A stretch of DNA of 54,969 nt, counting the filler, from Sphacelaria rigidula (Eukaryota), in NCBI GenBank assembly GCA_964200075.2. It is 6 parts of 6 records of this genome, joined end to end, with 100 filler letters (N's around TTAATTAATTAA, not from the genome) between each part and the next. Parts side by side here need not be neighbours in the genome. Positions count along the whole stretch, not along the records: positions 36,714 to 45,791 come from CAXNAA020009357.1; positions 45,892 to 54,969 come from CAXNAA020009358.1; 4 more parts are not named here. One strand, written 5' to 3'. The notes under the pieces are model-generated. The model did no database searches. It worked only from the letters and a program-made list of their open reading frames with translations, and was not told where the DNA came from. Position numbers and translations under genes: made by a program. Positions 37,758 through 48,806 of the stretch are shown in pieces; within the stretch, counting starts at the first letter, position 1, and each line of letters starts with the position of its first letter.

Positions 37758-39617
37758 CCGTACTATGGTTTGATCTAGACCCTGCTTGCCCCTCGCTGAT
37801 TTTTTTTCCTTCCCTAGCATCGTTTCCACTCTGTCATTCAGAATCTTACAGAATGTTGTCCCTACGGTGCTCAGTAGTATTCTCCTTCTATAATTCCGCG
37901 CGTCAACCTTGTTGACTACTACTCCTTCTCTTCACCTCTTGGGCGTGTACTCATTTCCCCATATTCAAGGACACAGCATAATAACCATCATGATATTATC
38001 CATTTCCTTTAGGAACTCGATCACTATTAGCAGTTCTTCTGCCCCTGTTGGCTTTCTGCTCTTTAGCTTAGGTACGCACTCCTTGACTTCATCTCTGGTA
38101 AACTCTTTCTGCATCTCTTTCGAGCCAGTATCTTCCCATTTTTGATGCCTCTACATTTGCCTCTGTCCACGCGTTGGTTTCTCTCTCGATTCCCGCGTCG
38201 AGCATCTCGTTGTTTGTCGGCGGTGTCCCCACCTTTCTACTGTACTCTGCCAGTACTTCTCTCTTCCCCTTCGAATTGCGAATCATCTTACCGTCCTGTG
38301 CCCTTAGGGTAGTTATCTCCTTGTCTGTATCTCCTGCCTGTTTTTAATAAGTGTTTTTTTTCCCTACCCACATTTGCTTCATTCCGTCACCGAAATATAT
38401 ATACTTTTATAAATGCATATTTCCATATCCCCTTCTTGTGCTTCTCTAGCACCCATTTTGCCTTCTTTCGAGCTTGAGCACAGGCCTCACATCCTACCGT
38501 GGTTTCACCCAATAAACATGTTGCGTAGGCCTCTCTCCTTACTCTTGTAGCGTATTTTACTTCCTCGTCCCACCATTCTACTGTTCGGTTGCATTCTATT
38601 GGTTTCTTCCAAGTGGCGGCACTTGCTGTGGTCTTGACCAATTAATTGCTCCTACTTTTCTCTAATATTCGCTCCTGCTCGATCCCTTTCCGTCTCGGTA
38701 TCACCTGTACCCACGCTTTCCAACAGCTCGGAAAATTTCAGTGCATTCCTTATCATCTCTTCTTGGAATTCTTGCTGATTTTCTTTTATTACTAGCTTAT
38801 ATTTTCTCCGTATGTACAATTTCCTATCACGCCTATTTGTTTTAGCTCTCGTCAGTTGGCTGTCTGTCCATGTCAGGCAATGGCATGTAGTTTCCACGTC
38901 CTGCAGGCATACATGTACCTCCATCCCCTTACTGTTTCCATACTGTACATCCGTATAGTCCAGAACGGATATTTCTGCTCCTTCTTTGAATTTCCTAGTC
39001 CATGTCTATTGCGCCTCTGGCTTTTGTGCTCTATCATTTAGCGTCTTAATCTCGTTATTCTCAGGAAACTCCAGCATCTCTACCCCATTCGTGTTCTTGT
39101 TATCCTTCCCGTATTTTTCAATGATATCACCCGGTCGACCTCCTTTTCCAACCCTTGTATCAAAACCTATCTCTGACGTTACTTCTCCTTGCTTTTATAA
39201 TTCTGTACGTCTGCTGCTATCTCTCCAATCGTCCTCTGTATATTGTTTACCCTACTCTTCGGTTCTGGGCGCATGTTGATGTTTCCTGCGAAGAAGTCCT
39301 TCGTTCCCTGCTCTTCCGGTACCCGTATCAATATGCGTTCGTCGAAGTTTGCGTCTTTGATCACTTCCATGATGTCCAACAGGTATTTCTTGACTAAGAA
39401 TCTCATTCCCCCGCTCCCCTGTTCTTGAGGTTCTGTCCCTTCCGCATTTCCCCTACCCATGCGTACTCTCCAACTTTGCATCCTATTTCCGCCTTCTCTT
39501 TCTCCCATGACTCTTGGATTCCCACTATATCTAGGTCGCGTTTACTTACCTGTCCAGCTATCTATCTCCCTTCTTTTGCGCTCGTCCGCGACGAATCCAC
39601 GCACGTTCCATGATCAA

Positions 39618-39912
39618 CAATGTTTTCGTGAGATTGAGAGTGGAGGATACGATTGAGAGTGAAAAGCGGTCAATTAGTGACTGAATCGTTTCAGTTCTGA
39701 AACGCCTCTCCACGAGGCCCGATATTCTTTCTGTAATAGCTTGCCACTGAGGCGCTCGATATTCCTGAGTAGAATATAGACATGTAGCTGTAAGCACATG
39801 GCAGTGATAGAGGCAAAGAAGGGCACACACGGAATGAAAAAATTGCTAAGTCAAAGCGCATGATCAAAGCCACTCTCAATCCGCGCTCGACTCTCAATCA
39901 CACAGAAACGTG
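39618..39912 (+). mobile_element. MITE family A, copy 3
   Basis: caatgttttcgtgagattgagagt ... actctcaatcacacagaaacgtg inverted ends. Confidence 0.8.
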
Positions 39913-39924
39913 GTTGATCCTATT

Positions 39925-40127
39925 AGAGAGTTTCGGCAAGAGCCTTTTTGTCATTTCAGAGTGCAAATATCTCAGGATTAGAGTGCAACGATAAATTATT
40001 TCCCCCTCCATCAAATGTGGTTTCCCCTCAACGTTCTTTCGATGACATGTTTTTTTCATTCTGCACTCTGATCCTGAGATATTTGCACGCTCTGAAATGA
40101 CAAAAAAAGAGTATTCCGAAACTCTCT
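39925..40127. mobile_element. 203-bp MITE with ~60-bp TIRs and a 3-bp ATT target duplication (PIF/Harbinger-like)
   Basis: ATT|AGAGAGTTTCGG...tttgtcatttcagagtgcaaatatctcaggat and its reverse complement ending CCGAAACTCTCT|ATT. Confidence 0.85.
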
Positions 40128-41089
40128 ATTCTCAACTTCCTTTTCGCACCATTTTCCACTCTTCTTCTTATCTACTGTTCTCTCTCCGTCGCTGTTACTT
40201 ATGTTCTCCCTTGTTTGAGTGTTATTTCCGTTTTCAGTTTGGCCCTTGTCTGTTTACTTCGGACCGCGAATTGTCTTCCCCTTCCCCTTGCGGATATTTA
40301 CATGTTCCTACTTCTCCTTTCCTCCGTTTACCCGCGGACTACGTCTTAGATAAATTGTCCCCCTGGCTATGCCTATTCTCCATCCTACCCTTCTAACCCA
40401 TGCCGACGCTTTATGTGTCTCTATCCTCTCCCACTCCTTGCTCACGATCTTTCCGAGCGTGACTCGGAAGTGTTCTCCCTCCACTTTTACCTTTCCCGTT
40501 GTCAAACAGTATAGTCCCACTTCATTGCATTTCTTTTTAAGGTCTGTTCTCGTCGTATCGCTACGAACTTATTCAAACATCATCACTGCTAGTACTTTAC
40601 CCGTCCACTCCTTACTTCTTCATTCACCCTTCCTCACCTTCTCTCTCTCTCGATTTCTGTCAAGAGAGTCTCCAACTTGTTCGTTTTGGATATTGCGGTG
40701 GGATGTCGTCAGTGTGCTGGAATATCCCGATCCCAGCTCTTGTTAGGGGTTCGGTGTATTTGAGTTATTTCTCTGGCTCACCCACTCTAAACAAACCTCC
40801 AACACGGGCTCGTATAGCCTGAAGCCAACTTCAATACCTTTGACACAAGTACCCCACGTTTGTGCCAGGCGATTTGCTTGGTTTGCCATCCTGGCGTCTC
40901 ATGATCGTATCTTCTATTTTCTTCCCCCACTGCAGTACTGGTTACTTTTCCTCCAGGGAAATCATTTTCACCGTGTAAAGCTCAAGGACGGCCTGCATAA
41001 CACGAAGTCTTACTCACACATTGGGATGCTCTGCACGCCATCGCTTCCTCGTACTCCGTGTATGGTGTACCATGGGTCGCTAGCCCACT

Positions 41090-41450
41090 AATACTCCCGA
41101 GTAGACCTTCTCTGGCGAAAGCGTGGCCAACAATTCCCCCACACTTTGTACTAGCTTCTATCCTTAATTTCTCAAGATGTTTACGTACCGCTTGATACTT
41201 CTTCTTGTTGAGCATGTGGCCGGCCATTGGTGAGGTGTTTCCATGAGTGTACCAGGTCTTGACGTTCATGTCATGCAGTATTCAGCATCGCTCCCGAGTA
41301 GGCCTTCGCTCGGGAAGGCGTTGCCACTGATCTCCCCACACTTTGTGCTAGCTTCTATCCTTCAGGATCGCAAAATATCTACATACCGCTTGGTGCTCCT
41401 TCTCGTTGATCATGTGGCTGGTCACTGGTGAGGTGTTTGTTCTATGAGGG
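41090..41450. repeat. Diverged tandem duplication, 2 x ~197 nt, upstream of the LINE 5' end
   Basis: ctcccgagtag.ccttc...ccccacactttgt.ctagcttctatcctt...catgtggc.gg.ca.tggtgaggtgttt occurs twice. Confidence 0.8.
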
Positions 41451-41478
41451 TAGAAGTGCATGTTGTGTACGCAAGTCC

Positions 41479-41845
41479 GTCGCCCCGATGGCTCAGTTGG
41501 TAACCTTGTAACCTTCTGACGGTTGGGTCGTGGGTTCGGATCTCGGAGCGATCTTGGATTTTTATCTCACACAATGCCGAACAGTAGAGAACGACCATGT
41601 CATTGGGTACACAAAATTCGACTCAATGGTCGACGGGGGAGAGAGAGTGCTGCATCCCTCTCGCCATGAAAAAGAAGGCAAATACCGCAGAAGGCAGCAG
41701 GTGGAGAACTAAAAACAAGAACAAAAAACACAAGAAAAAAACACTCCTGTGTTGGCCGCGCTCCTGTGTGACCCCGGCTGGTGCGCCCACATATATCGAA
41801 GGTGCAGACCGGCGTCCAGAATAGATGGGACGACAACACACTACT
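41479..41845 (+). mobile_element. Full-length tRNA-headed SINE (~365 nt)
   Basis: Head matches 27361; tail matches 18358 and 54105; flanks ttgtgtacgca / ttgagtacgca resemble a TSD. Confidence 0.8.
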
Positions 41846-42344
41846 ACGGATTGAGTACGCACCATGGTGTTCCTGCCCAGAAGCAGGTATGAAGCGGGGA
41901 ATAATCCGTATGCGTACGTGATGTGTAACCCGGAGGAAATACTTGTGTAACTGGTTAACTACACCCGCGCTGTGCTTCCAAATGGTAGCTCATAGTGACC
42001 AACGATCACGCGTGAACCATTTTAGTGAGAAAAATGTTGTATATACATCAAAAACTAGCTTCACACGATATACGGGCACAAGGGGTGATGATGTGCAAAG
42101 CGGAACACGTGTGAATCACTGGGAGAACCGCGTCATGGGGAAACTGAATAAATACGGTATTCCGAAGAACTGGGAAAGGCTTTTTTCCCAAGGGCTGGAG
42201 AAACAAGGTACTGCCGAAAAATCGTTGCGGAGGATCCATCTACAAGCCGCGGGAGAGTAAATTCAGTGGTGAATGTTCAAAAGTTGACACGGTCTTCCCG
42301 AACAAATACTCGTGGTGTACAACAGGCACACGCGGCCATTTGGC

Positions 42345-42649
42345 TACACCCCAAACAAAACAAACGCCTCCGGAGGGATGCGCGGTCCTCTACGGGGAAA
42401 ACAAGCCTCCGGAGGCCTTCAATCCCTCTGCAGGAAACCAAACTCTACCGACCCGGAGGGCCGCGCACCCGTCCGGAGGAATATGGGGGCATGCGCGGCT
42501 CTCCGGAGGCAAAAATAAGCCTCCGGTCGCTTTTAATCTCTCTGGAGGAAGCCAAAAAATCTCCTCTGGAGGGCCGCGCACCCCTCCGGAGGCGTTTAGT
42601 TCCTCTGGAGGCTCGAAAAGTTTCCCCACCCGGAGGAATTTTGGAGGTA
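42345..42649. repeat. MITE-like element with about 9 CCTC[CT]GGAGG palindromes
   Basis: Repeated cctccggagg / ctctggagg; TA-bounded imperfect inverted ends tacacccca / tggaggta. Confidence 0.65.
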
Positions 42650-42759
42650 GCCAGATGGCCGCGTGTGCAGTGTTCTCGATGAAAAGCCATCAAGACAATC
42701 AACTGGCAATTCTCGACAAAACACAGTCGCGGTGTCGGCGAGAGACACGGTTTCCGCTT

Positions 42760-44425
42760 GAGTGCTGATCCAAGACACCACGTATCTCGTGTTCGGCCTT
42801 CAGCGAAAATATTGCGCACGTTACGAACCATACGTAGCAGCCTTACGGGAAGACTGCGTCTATATCACGTCAAATGATGATTCATTTCCGCCAGGGGCCA
42901 AGTTTATACGGGCGTTCCAAAACAAGTATCGCCCACGATGCAGAACAGGCCATGCACCAGACGCAGGGCCAAAAACATGTCATCCGCCATCACTGAAGCA
43001 ACCCCGTCGTGTCTGTATGATTGCTGATGCTGGACGCCAATTCTCGTTCATTCAAGCATCGGCAAAGCATTTCATCTACCAAGGGCTGACTACACGCCGT
43101 TTCCCCGATGCACCGGTGATGTCGCGCAGCGTGCGCCATGTGTCCATTGGTCGAGAATAATCAATTGCCGTCAGGAGCTGGTAGGCTCGGTGTTCCCGAA
43201 CCACTGTTCATCATCCGACTACAATTAATTCAAACTTGGAAGCAGTGCATAGAGGTTCCATCCATCGGAGCTGAACCAAGCACCATGTAGTTCCAGCACG
43301 CGTGCTGGTGCAGGACATCGGGTATCGTATATGTGGGTTATTGGCAACTCATTCCATCTGTAAAGGGCTGGCTGAACGAGACACTTTCCAAAGAACCGCC
43401 GATGGTGGACATATCTTCATGAGTGCACACCGGTGGACGGCATTTTCCTCCGCCATAGACAAGCTCAGCACGGCCTTCCGAGACAAGTGCTCATGGTGAA
43501 CAACGACCGCAACATGTGTGCACTGATCATGTTGCGGTCGTTCGACCATATTTGTTTTGCCGAACTGGGGCTGAACGCAGTCCCCCCGAACGACTTGTTA
43601 TTATAGTGGAACAAAAGTACTTTTCTTTTCCAAGGCTAGCTAAAAACGGTCCTCCCATATGGCTGCTTACGGTTCACAGCGAGATTCAACTCACCATACC
43701 AAAATGTAAAGCATTTACCGGGAAAGACATGAATTGATCCCTCAAGATTACGGACTCATTCTCCCGAGGGAAGGATGGGCACAACGGATACTACTACAAT
43801 ACGTGGTATTTGCGACATACCTTTACACTCGCATACATCCATGCATCGGTAAGACAACCCAAACCTCACCGCCCACACCCATCATCAGTAGAAGAAACAC
43901 ACCACACCACCAGTAACTAACACAAAACGCACGCGCCGGTCGAATCCCTCTATTGCGTTTGATACTCGGCACGATTGCAAACAGAATACAGTATCCCCTG
44001 GGCTCAGTCAAAATGACCGACGTGATTGACTGAATCAAAATACTCATTGATCGTGTACGTACAACATCACCGTGTATCCTTCACTGAGGATGGTGCAGCT
44101 CACATCTCAACCCGTTCGAATTCGGAAAAAACACAAGTTCACCCTACAAAACACGGTGGTCCGTTCGATCAAAGGTTTCAGTCGCTGGTGGAGGTAAACC
44201 AGACGTGAAAAATAATGAAGCGTCTCCGTCAATAAAGTCCGCGCTGAAACTAATTCGAAACACTACGAAACATCGGAGCGACAGTCCTCTCTACCACTAA
44301 AGAACAGTGTCAATTTTTGTCTCCATAGTGTGCATGTCGAGAGGCCACCATAGGCACTTCTTCAGCATATGCTTGCGGTTTTCTGTAACAAAAGGCGTAG
44401 GTCATCAACTGAATTTTCGCACCAT
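42760..44425 (-). pseudogene. Heavily degraded NCLDV major-capsid-like gene (tentative endogenous viral element)
   Basis: Manual translation across frameshifts gives collinear weak matches to MCP motifs: M/GAKIQLMTY, SRHAHYG, RISFSADFI..LP, HVFPGKCFTFWYGELNLAVNRKQPYGR, TFVPL, SFSQP, PAPDGN*LFS, HHRCIGETACS. No search was run. Confidence 0.4.
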
Positions 44426-45722
44426 GATGAACTTTTTATACTCACATATATAGATAACATTAACGCGGTACATATTAACATATAAATATATGTAAATTGT
44501 GTACTCGCAAGGATGCGCTGCTCCTCGAGTCCTAAACCGCACCAATATCAACGGCGTCACGCCGTCACGCCACCTCCTTCACATTTAACTACATGTACCT
44601 GGAGTACAGGGCATTTCACATGCACTCCATTCAAGTTAACATCGGATGGCGACGCGCGACTCAGCTTGGGTTAATTCTGCACACGCAAAGGAACACCGGG
44701 CACACGCGGACCGATCCTCTCCTATTAGAGACCCCGCTTTCGGGTCATGATGTTCCTCGCTCCGATTACGACTCGTACACGTTCATGGCGAAGGATCCAC
44801 CACATATCTCTCCGGAGGCTCCTGCACACGCCATTGTGCAGCCGTCGGATTCACCGTGGAGAGTGAAGTCGTCGTCGTCGTCACCGCACCAGCACTGCAG
44901 ATGTACATGCAGAACAATCGGCGAACGTGAACGGATTTGACACAATATTTGGCCGGCTCAAAACCAAGAAATATGTTTCAATCATGATGCTTGGCGTGAA
45001 GGCCAAGCCCTCACGCGATGGTGTTTAATTCGATCTCGCCGCTACTACTTCGAAGTATGCAGTTCCGGTGTAGCCACATCGATAGGTGCAGAATGATGTA
45101 TGGATGTGTCGACGGACAACTTTAAGGCTTGTGAAAAATGTGGGACTCGCATGAAAGAGGAATCCTTGCGATCGTCCCACGTAGTTCTAGAACCGCGTCG
45201 GGTTGACCGTACGGTGTGTATGCGTCAGTAGTTTTTTGAACGAATCGACGCTAACGTATACAATGCTTGTGTCGAAAAGAACGATGTCAGGGAGAAAGGG
45301 CAATCTTCGTCCTGGTCTTTCAGACAGACCCCACCCTCTCGCCGCTATTCTACCGTATGTTATACCTTCTGTGTCGAACGACTGGTCGACTTCGTTTGCA
45401 AAACGTTCAGGACGTGGCACTCATGCGGAAGTCGTTCAGTGTTCGGATATGGGTCATAGCCTTCAACCTCGCCCCATGTTTAGGACAGGACCATACTTTT
45501 GACAAATCAGCACATGACCCCGCGACCCTCCGTCTCGGAAGGCGTCGTCGAGCAACTGTATCTGCACCCTCCAGGAAGATGCTTAGCCAACCTACAGAAG
45601 TGCTGGGTGTACTATTCGAAAAATTTCACCACGGGGGTGCATGGACACACAAGGCACATCAGTACGGGCACTTCAACAGGTACAGCTGGCCAAGTCGCCA
45701 CTTTAATCTTGAGCAGTAACAA

Positions 45723-45791
45723 CAGTGTTTTCGTGAGATCGAGAGTAGATGATACGATTGAGAGTGAAAAGCGGTCAATCAGTGAATGAAT
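45723..45791 (+). mobile_element. MITE family A, copy 4 (left end, cut by spacer)
   Basis: cagtgttttcgtgagatcgagagtagatgatacgattgagagtgaaaagcggtcaat. Confidence 0.8.
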
Positions 45792-45891
45792 NNNNNNNNN
45801 NNNNNNNNNNNNNNNNNNNNNNNNNNNNNNNNNNNTTAATTAATTAANNNNNNNNNNNNNNNNNNNNNNNNNNNNNNNNNNNNNNNNNNNN
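45792..45891. other. Artificial spacer 5
   Basis: Identical, a further 9178 nt downstream. Confidence 0.98.
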
Positions 45892-48806
45892 CTAACTCCA
45901 AATATTGGCCGGCGCATCCGCCTGCAAACGTTCATGCAGCCTCTAGGCTGGTCCAGCTCGTAGGGACACAACATGCCTGTGGTGGTTGCTTTACTGATCT
46001 TGTTTTCTATCGGGTAGCCCGTGGCATCTACGCCCGAGCACAGCCACGGGAGGAGTCGTGTCTAGTTTGCTGCATCGGTGTGTTTGTTTTCGAGGTCTTT
46101 TGTTTATCTCTCTCCTTGTCTCGGTAGCCGGTAGGAAGTGAAAAGGGGTGTGGTTCATTCTTTCTCGCGCACTCCTTTTGGTGGGCGGTGTACTCTTTCG
46201 TGAGTTTTTTTCCACACCAGATGCCGCACATTCATAGTTGCGTTGGGTGCAGATGTGTCCTTGTTTTTCTTGTCGGGAAGGTCTTTCGGCATGAGCAACT
46301 TTTGTGGCCGTAATGCTGCTGTTGTGCTAGTAGGGAAGGACAATGATGAACCTGTGAACAGGATCAATCAAGTCGAATGTGAAAAACGAAAAACATTGGG
46401 TTTAGTTCTGTTGCCCCGAAACCTTACGTGACGTATCCTATCGAAAACCCTCGAAACAAAGGTCCTCGTCCGTTTTGTGCTTCCATTGGTTCCTCGAACG
46501 GCAAGCGTAGCACCTTACGAACGGACGGTCGTCAGTAGTGCCAGAATCGGTACTACTGAGGTATTCAGAGCCCTCAATTGCACCTGTTTCGGCACTTTTC
46601 GGAGTAGTGCCGGGCTCTCTGAGAAGTGCCGGTGTCCGTGGTGGGCACATACCGGCACTACTCAGAGCCTCCCACTGTATTTCATTTTGGTTGAGAAGAG
46701 GGTGAGTCGATCCACTTTCGTCCATCGCTCTTTTTTGTTGGCGTAAGAAGTAGTGGAGTCAACCGCTGTCCAGCCGACACGGTGCCCTTTTTCTATCCCT
46801 AGTGGCCGAATATAACACACAGGAGAGATGGGAAAATAGTAAGATACTCACCAGTCCAGAACAACTTGCCCAAGTATTTGATGCGGGAAGGTATTGTTCT
46901 GCTCTGTCGTATATGTTGGTAAATCATTCAGCATGGATGAGCATGTTCTTTGTGCTCGCTTGCTCGTTGAAATAAACGGAGCGCACGCTTCACCAGTGAG
47001 CGTGACCGACGCAGTGTGTCCGTCCGACTATCAATGCTGTAGTGCGTCCAGTAATTGTTTGATCCTCTTCTGTCTTGCGCTTGCTGCGCATATAGCGTGT
47101 ATGCCCTGTGATTACCGTACGGCGTAGTAGTATGTTGTGTACTCACCACTATATAGTCAGTTTGTTCATTTCCATTATATTTCAGTTCATGGGCAGCACA
47201 GGATACACGCGCCGACGTCACATAGTACCCAGTCAAGCATGATGTATGTGGCAATGATGTATAGTCTTATCAATGCAGCTTATGAACATCACCGATAGCC
47301 ACAACATAGCACAGCTCAGTGGCAGATTCGTATTATCCCGACAAAAAACATTGTGTGCCTTTGTGTACGCAACCTCTTGTAAAATATCTTGTACAATCAG
47401 GAGTTCTGCTTAGTACAAACGGGTTGTTGCACGGACCAAATAGTTCCTGTCCACGCCACAGCGCAGCTGACTTTAATGGACATCACACACCCGACGCACA
47501 GACCGTGTTCCGATAGTGAATCTCGGAGTGGCTTGTCCATGCACCCGCAGATGCCTTGGCACGCCGGCGCGCACCTGCTGAACCTTTTCCTGCCGATAGC
47601 GATAAAGAACCGTGTTCCTGCAGTGCGTCTCGGCGTTGTCGTAGCATATGGTGCCATGTAGGCGGAGTGTGCATCTGAACGATGATAACAGATGTTGTCG
47701 CTGTAATACTCTGAAATTCAACGTCACTGTATAGTTTCTGTTTCAGTTCTGGTCTCCACCACAGCGGCAAGTCTTCCAACATTCTAGGAGGAACCATAAG
47801 TTCTACAAAGAGCGGACGTATCCGTGGCACAAGTCAAACACTGCTGAAACGTTCACAGAAGCAGCAGAGTGATGCTGATAGCACTGAATCACCTGGGTAA
47901 GCTTTCGCTGAGCGATTTTAGGTCTTGCCACAGCTGACTTGATCGAACAAGTCTCAGCACATCCTTGCCAGTGTGACTTGGATGTGGAGTTTTATACGAA
48001 CCTCGTTCTGTATCGTCACTGTTTTCATGGAGTTCGCAACACAGATCAGCAGCTGATACCATGTAGCGGCTTATACAGCCACCGCAATAACACCTGCGAT
48101 ATATTAGATACACGTCCGCTTTCAAGTCATCCCGTCGAAGAGTTCAACATCGCCGTGACCCATCTTCTGAGCCATGTACAGCCCGTGCATTTTTGCAGGC
48201 GATGTTTACACAAACTTGCCCACCCTCCCCGATACGTGACCGTTCTTTGCTCACCTACGTGTATTGCGTGTGATGCTGCATAGCGATTACTGAATCTTTC
48301 GGTGATGTTGTCTGTCTCTTCAGTTTGCACAACGGTTTTCAGGTGGCTCGTCTTGTCTAACGTACAAGCCCTGGGTTTGGTATTATTGAATACATTAATG
48401 TCAGATATCATTGATACGACCGAGCATGCTCTAGCACTGGCGTTGTGCCTCACCTGTTTTGTGCAATAACCATCCTGTATTTGTCCTACACTAAAACTTC
48501 ATTCGCTCCCGCTCCGTCCCGCATATTTGTGTAGAAGGGTCCCATCCCTTGGAATCATTTTGCGAGTATCTTTGTAATTGTCGGGGTCAGCTTACATGGA
48601 GCGTCGTTTGCGTTGACTGCAGGCGGCTAATGTTTTCCCAGAGTATGTGCCGTAGAAGCAACGCCACTTGTTCTGCAAAGCGTTTCGACTCACTTTCACC
48701 TGTTGCTAACAAGGTATTTTCTGCCGTCTTGGTATTCGTGCTTCCGTGAGCAGTTACTTTCGGGAAAACATGACACGAAGGGCACGGCGGTCGACATAGC
48801 CAAAAA

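Larger units (their letters stand above)
37770..40750 (-). mobile_element. Decayed LINE: ORF1-like region, APE endonuclease and start of RT; interrupted by two MITEs
   Basis: FLVKKYLLDIMEVIKD...ILIRVP endonuclease-like segment, VEWWDEEVK, and NYRR.ILLSTVG.TFCKILNDR...KQG (start of RT). Confidence 0.8.
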
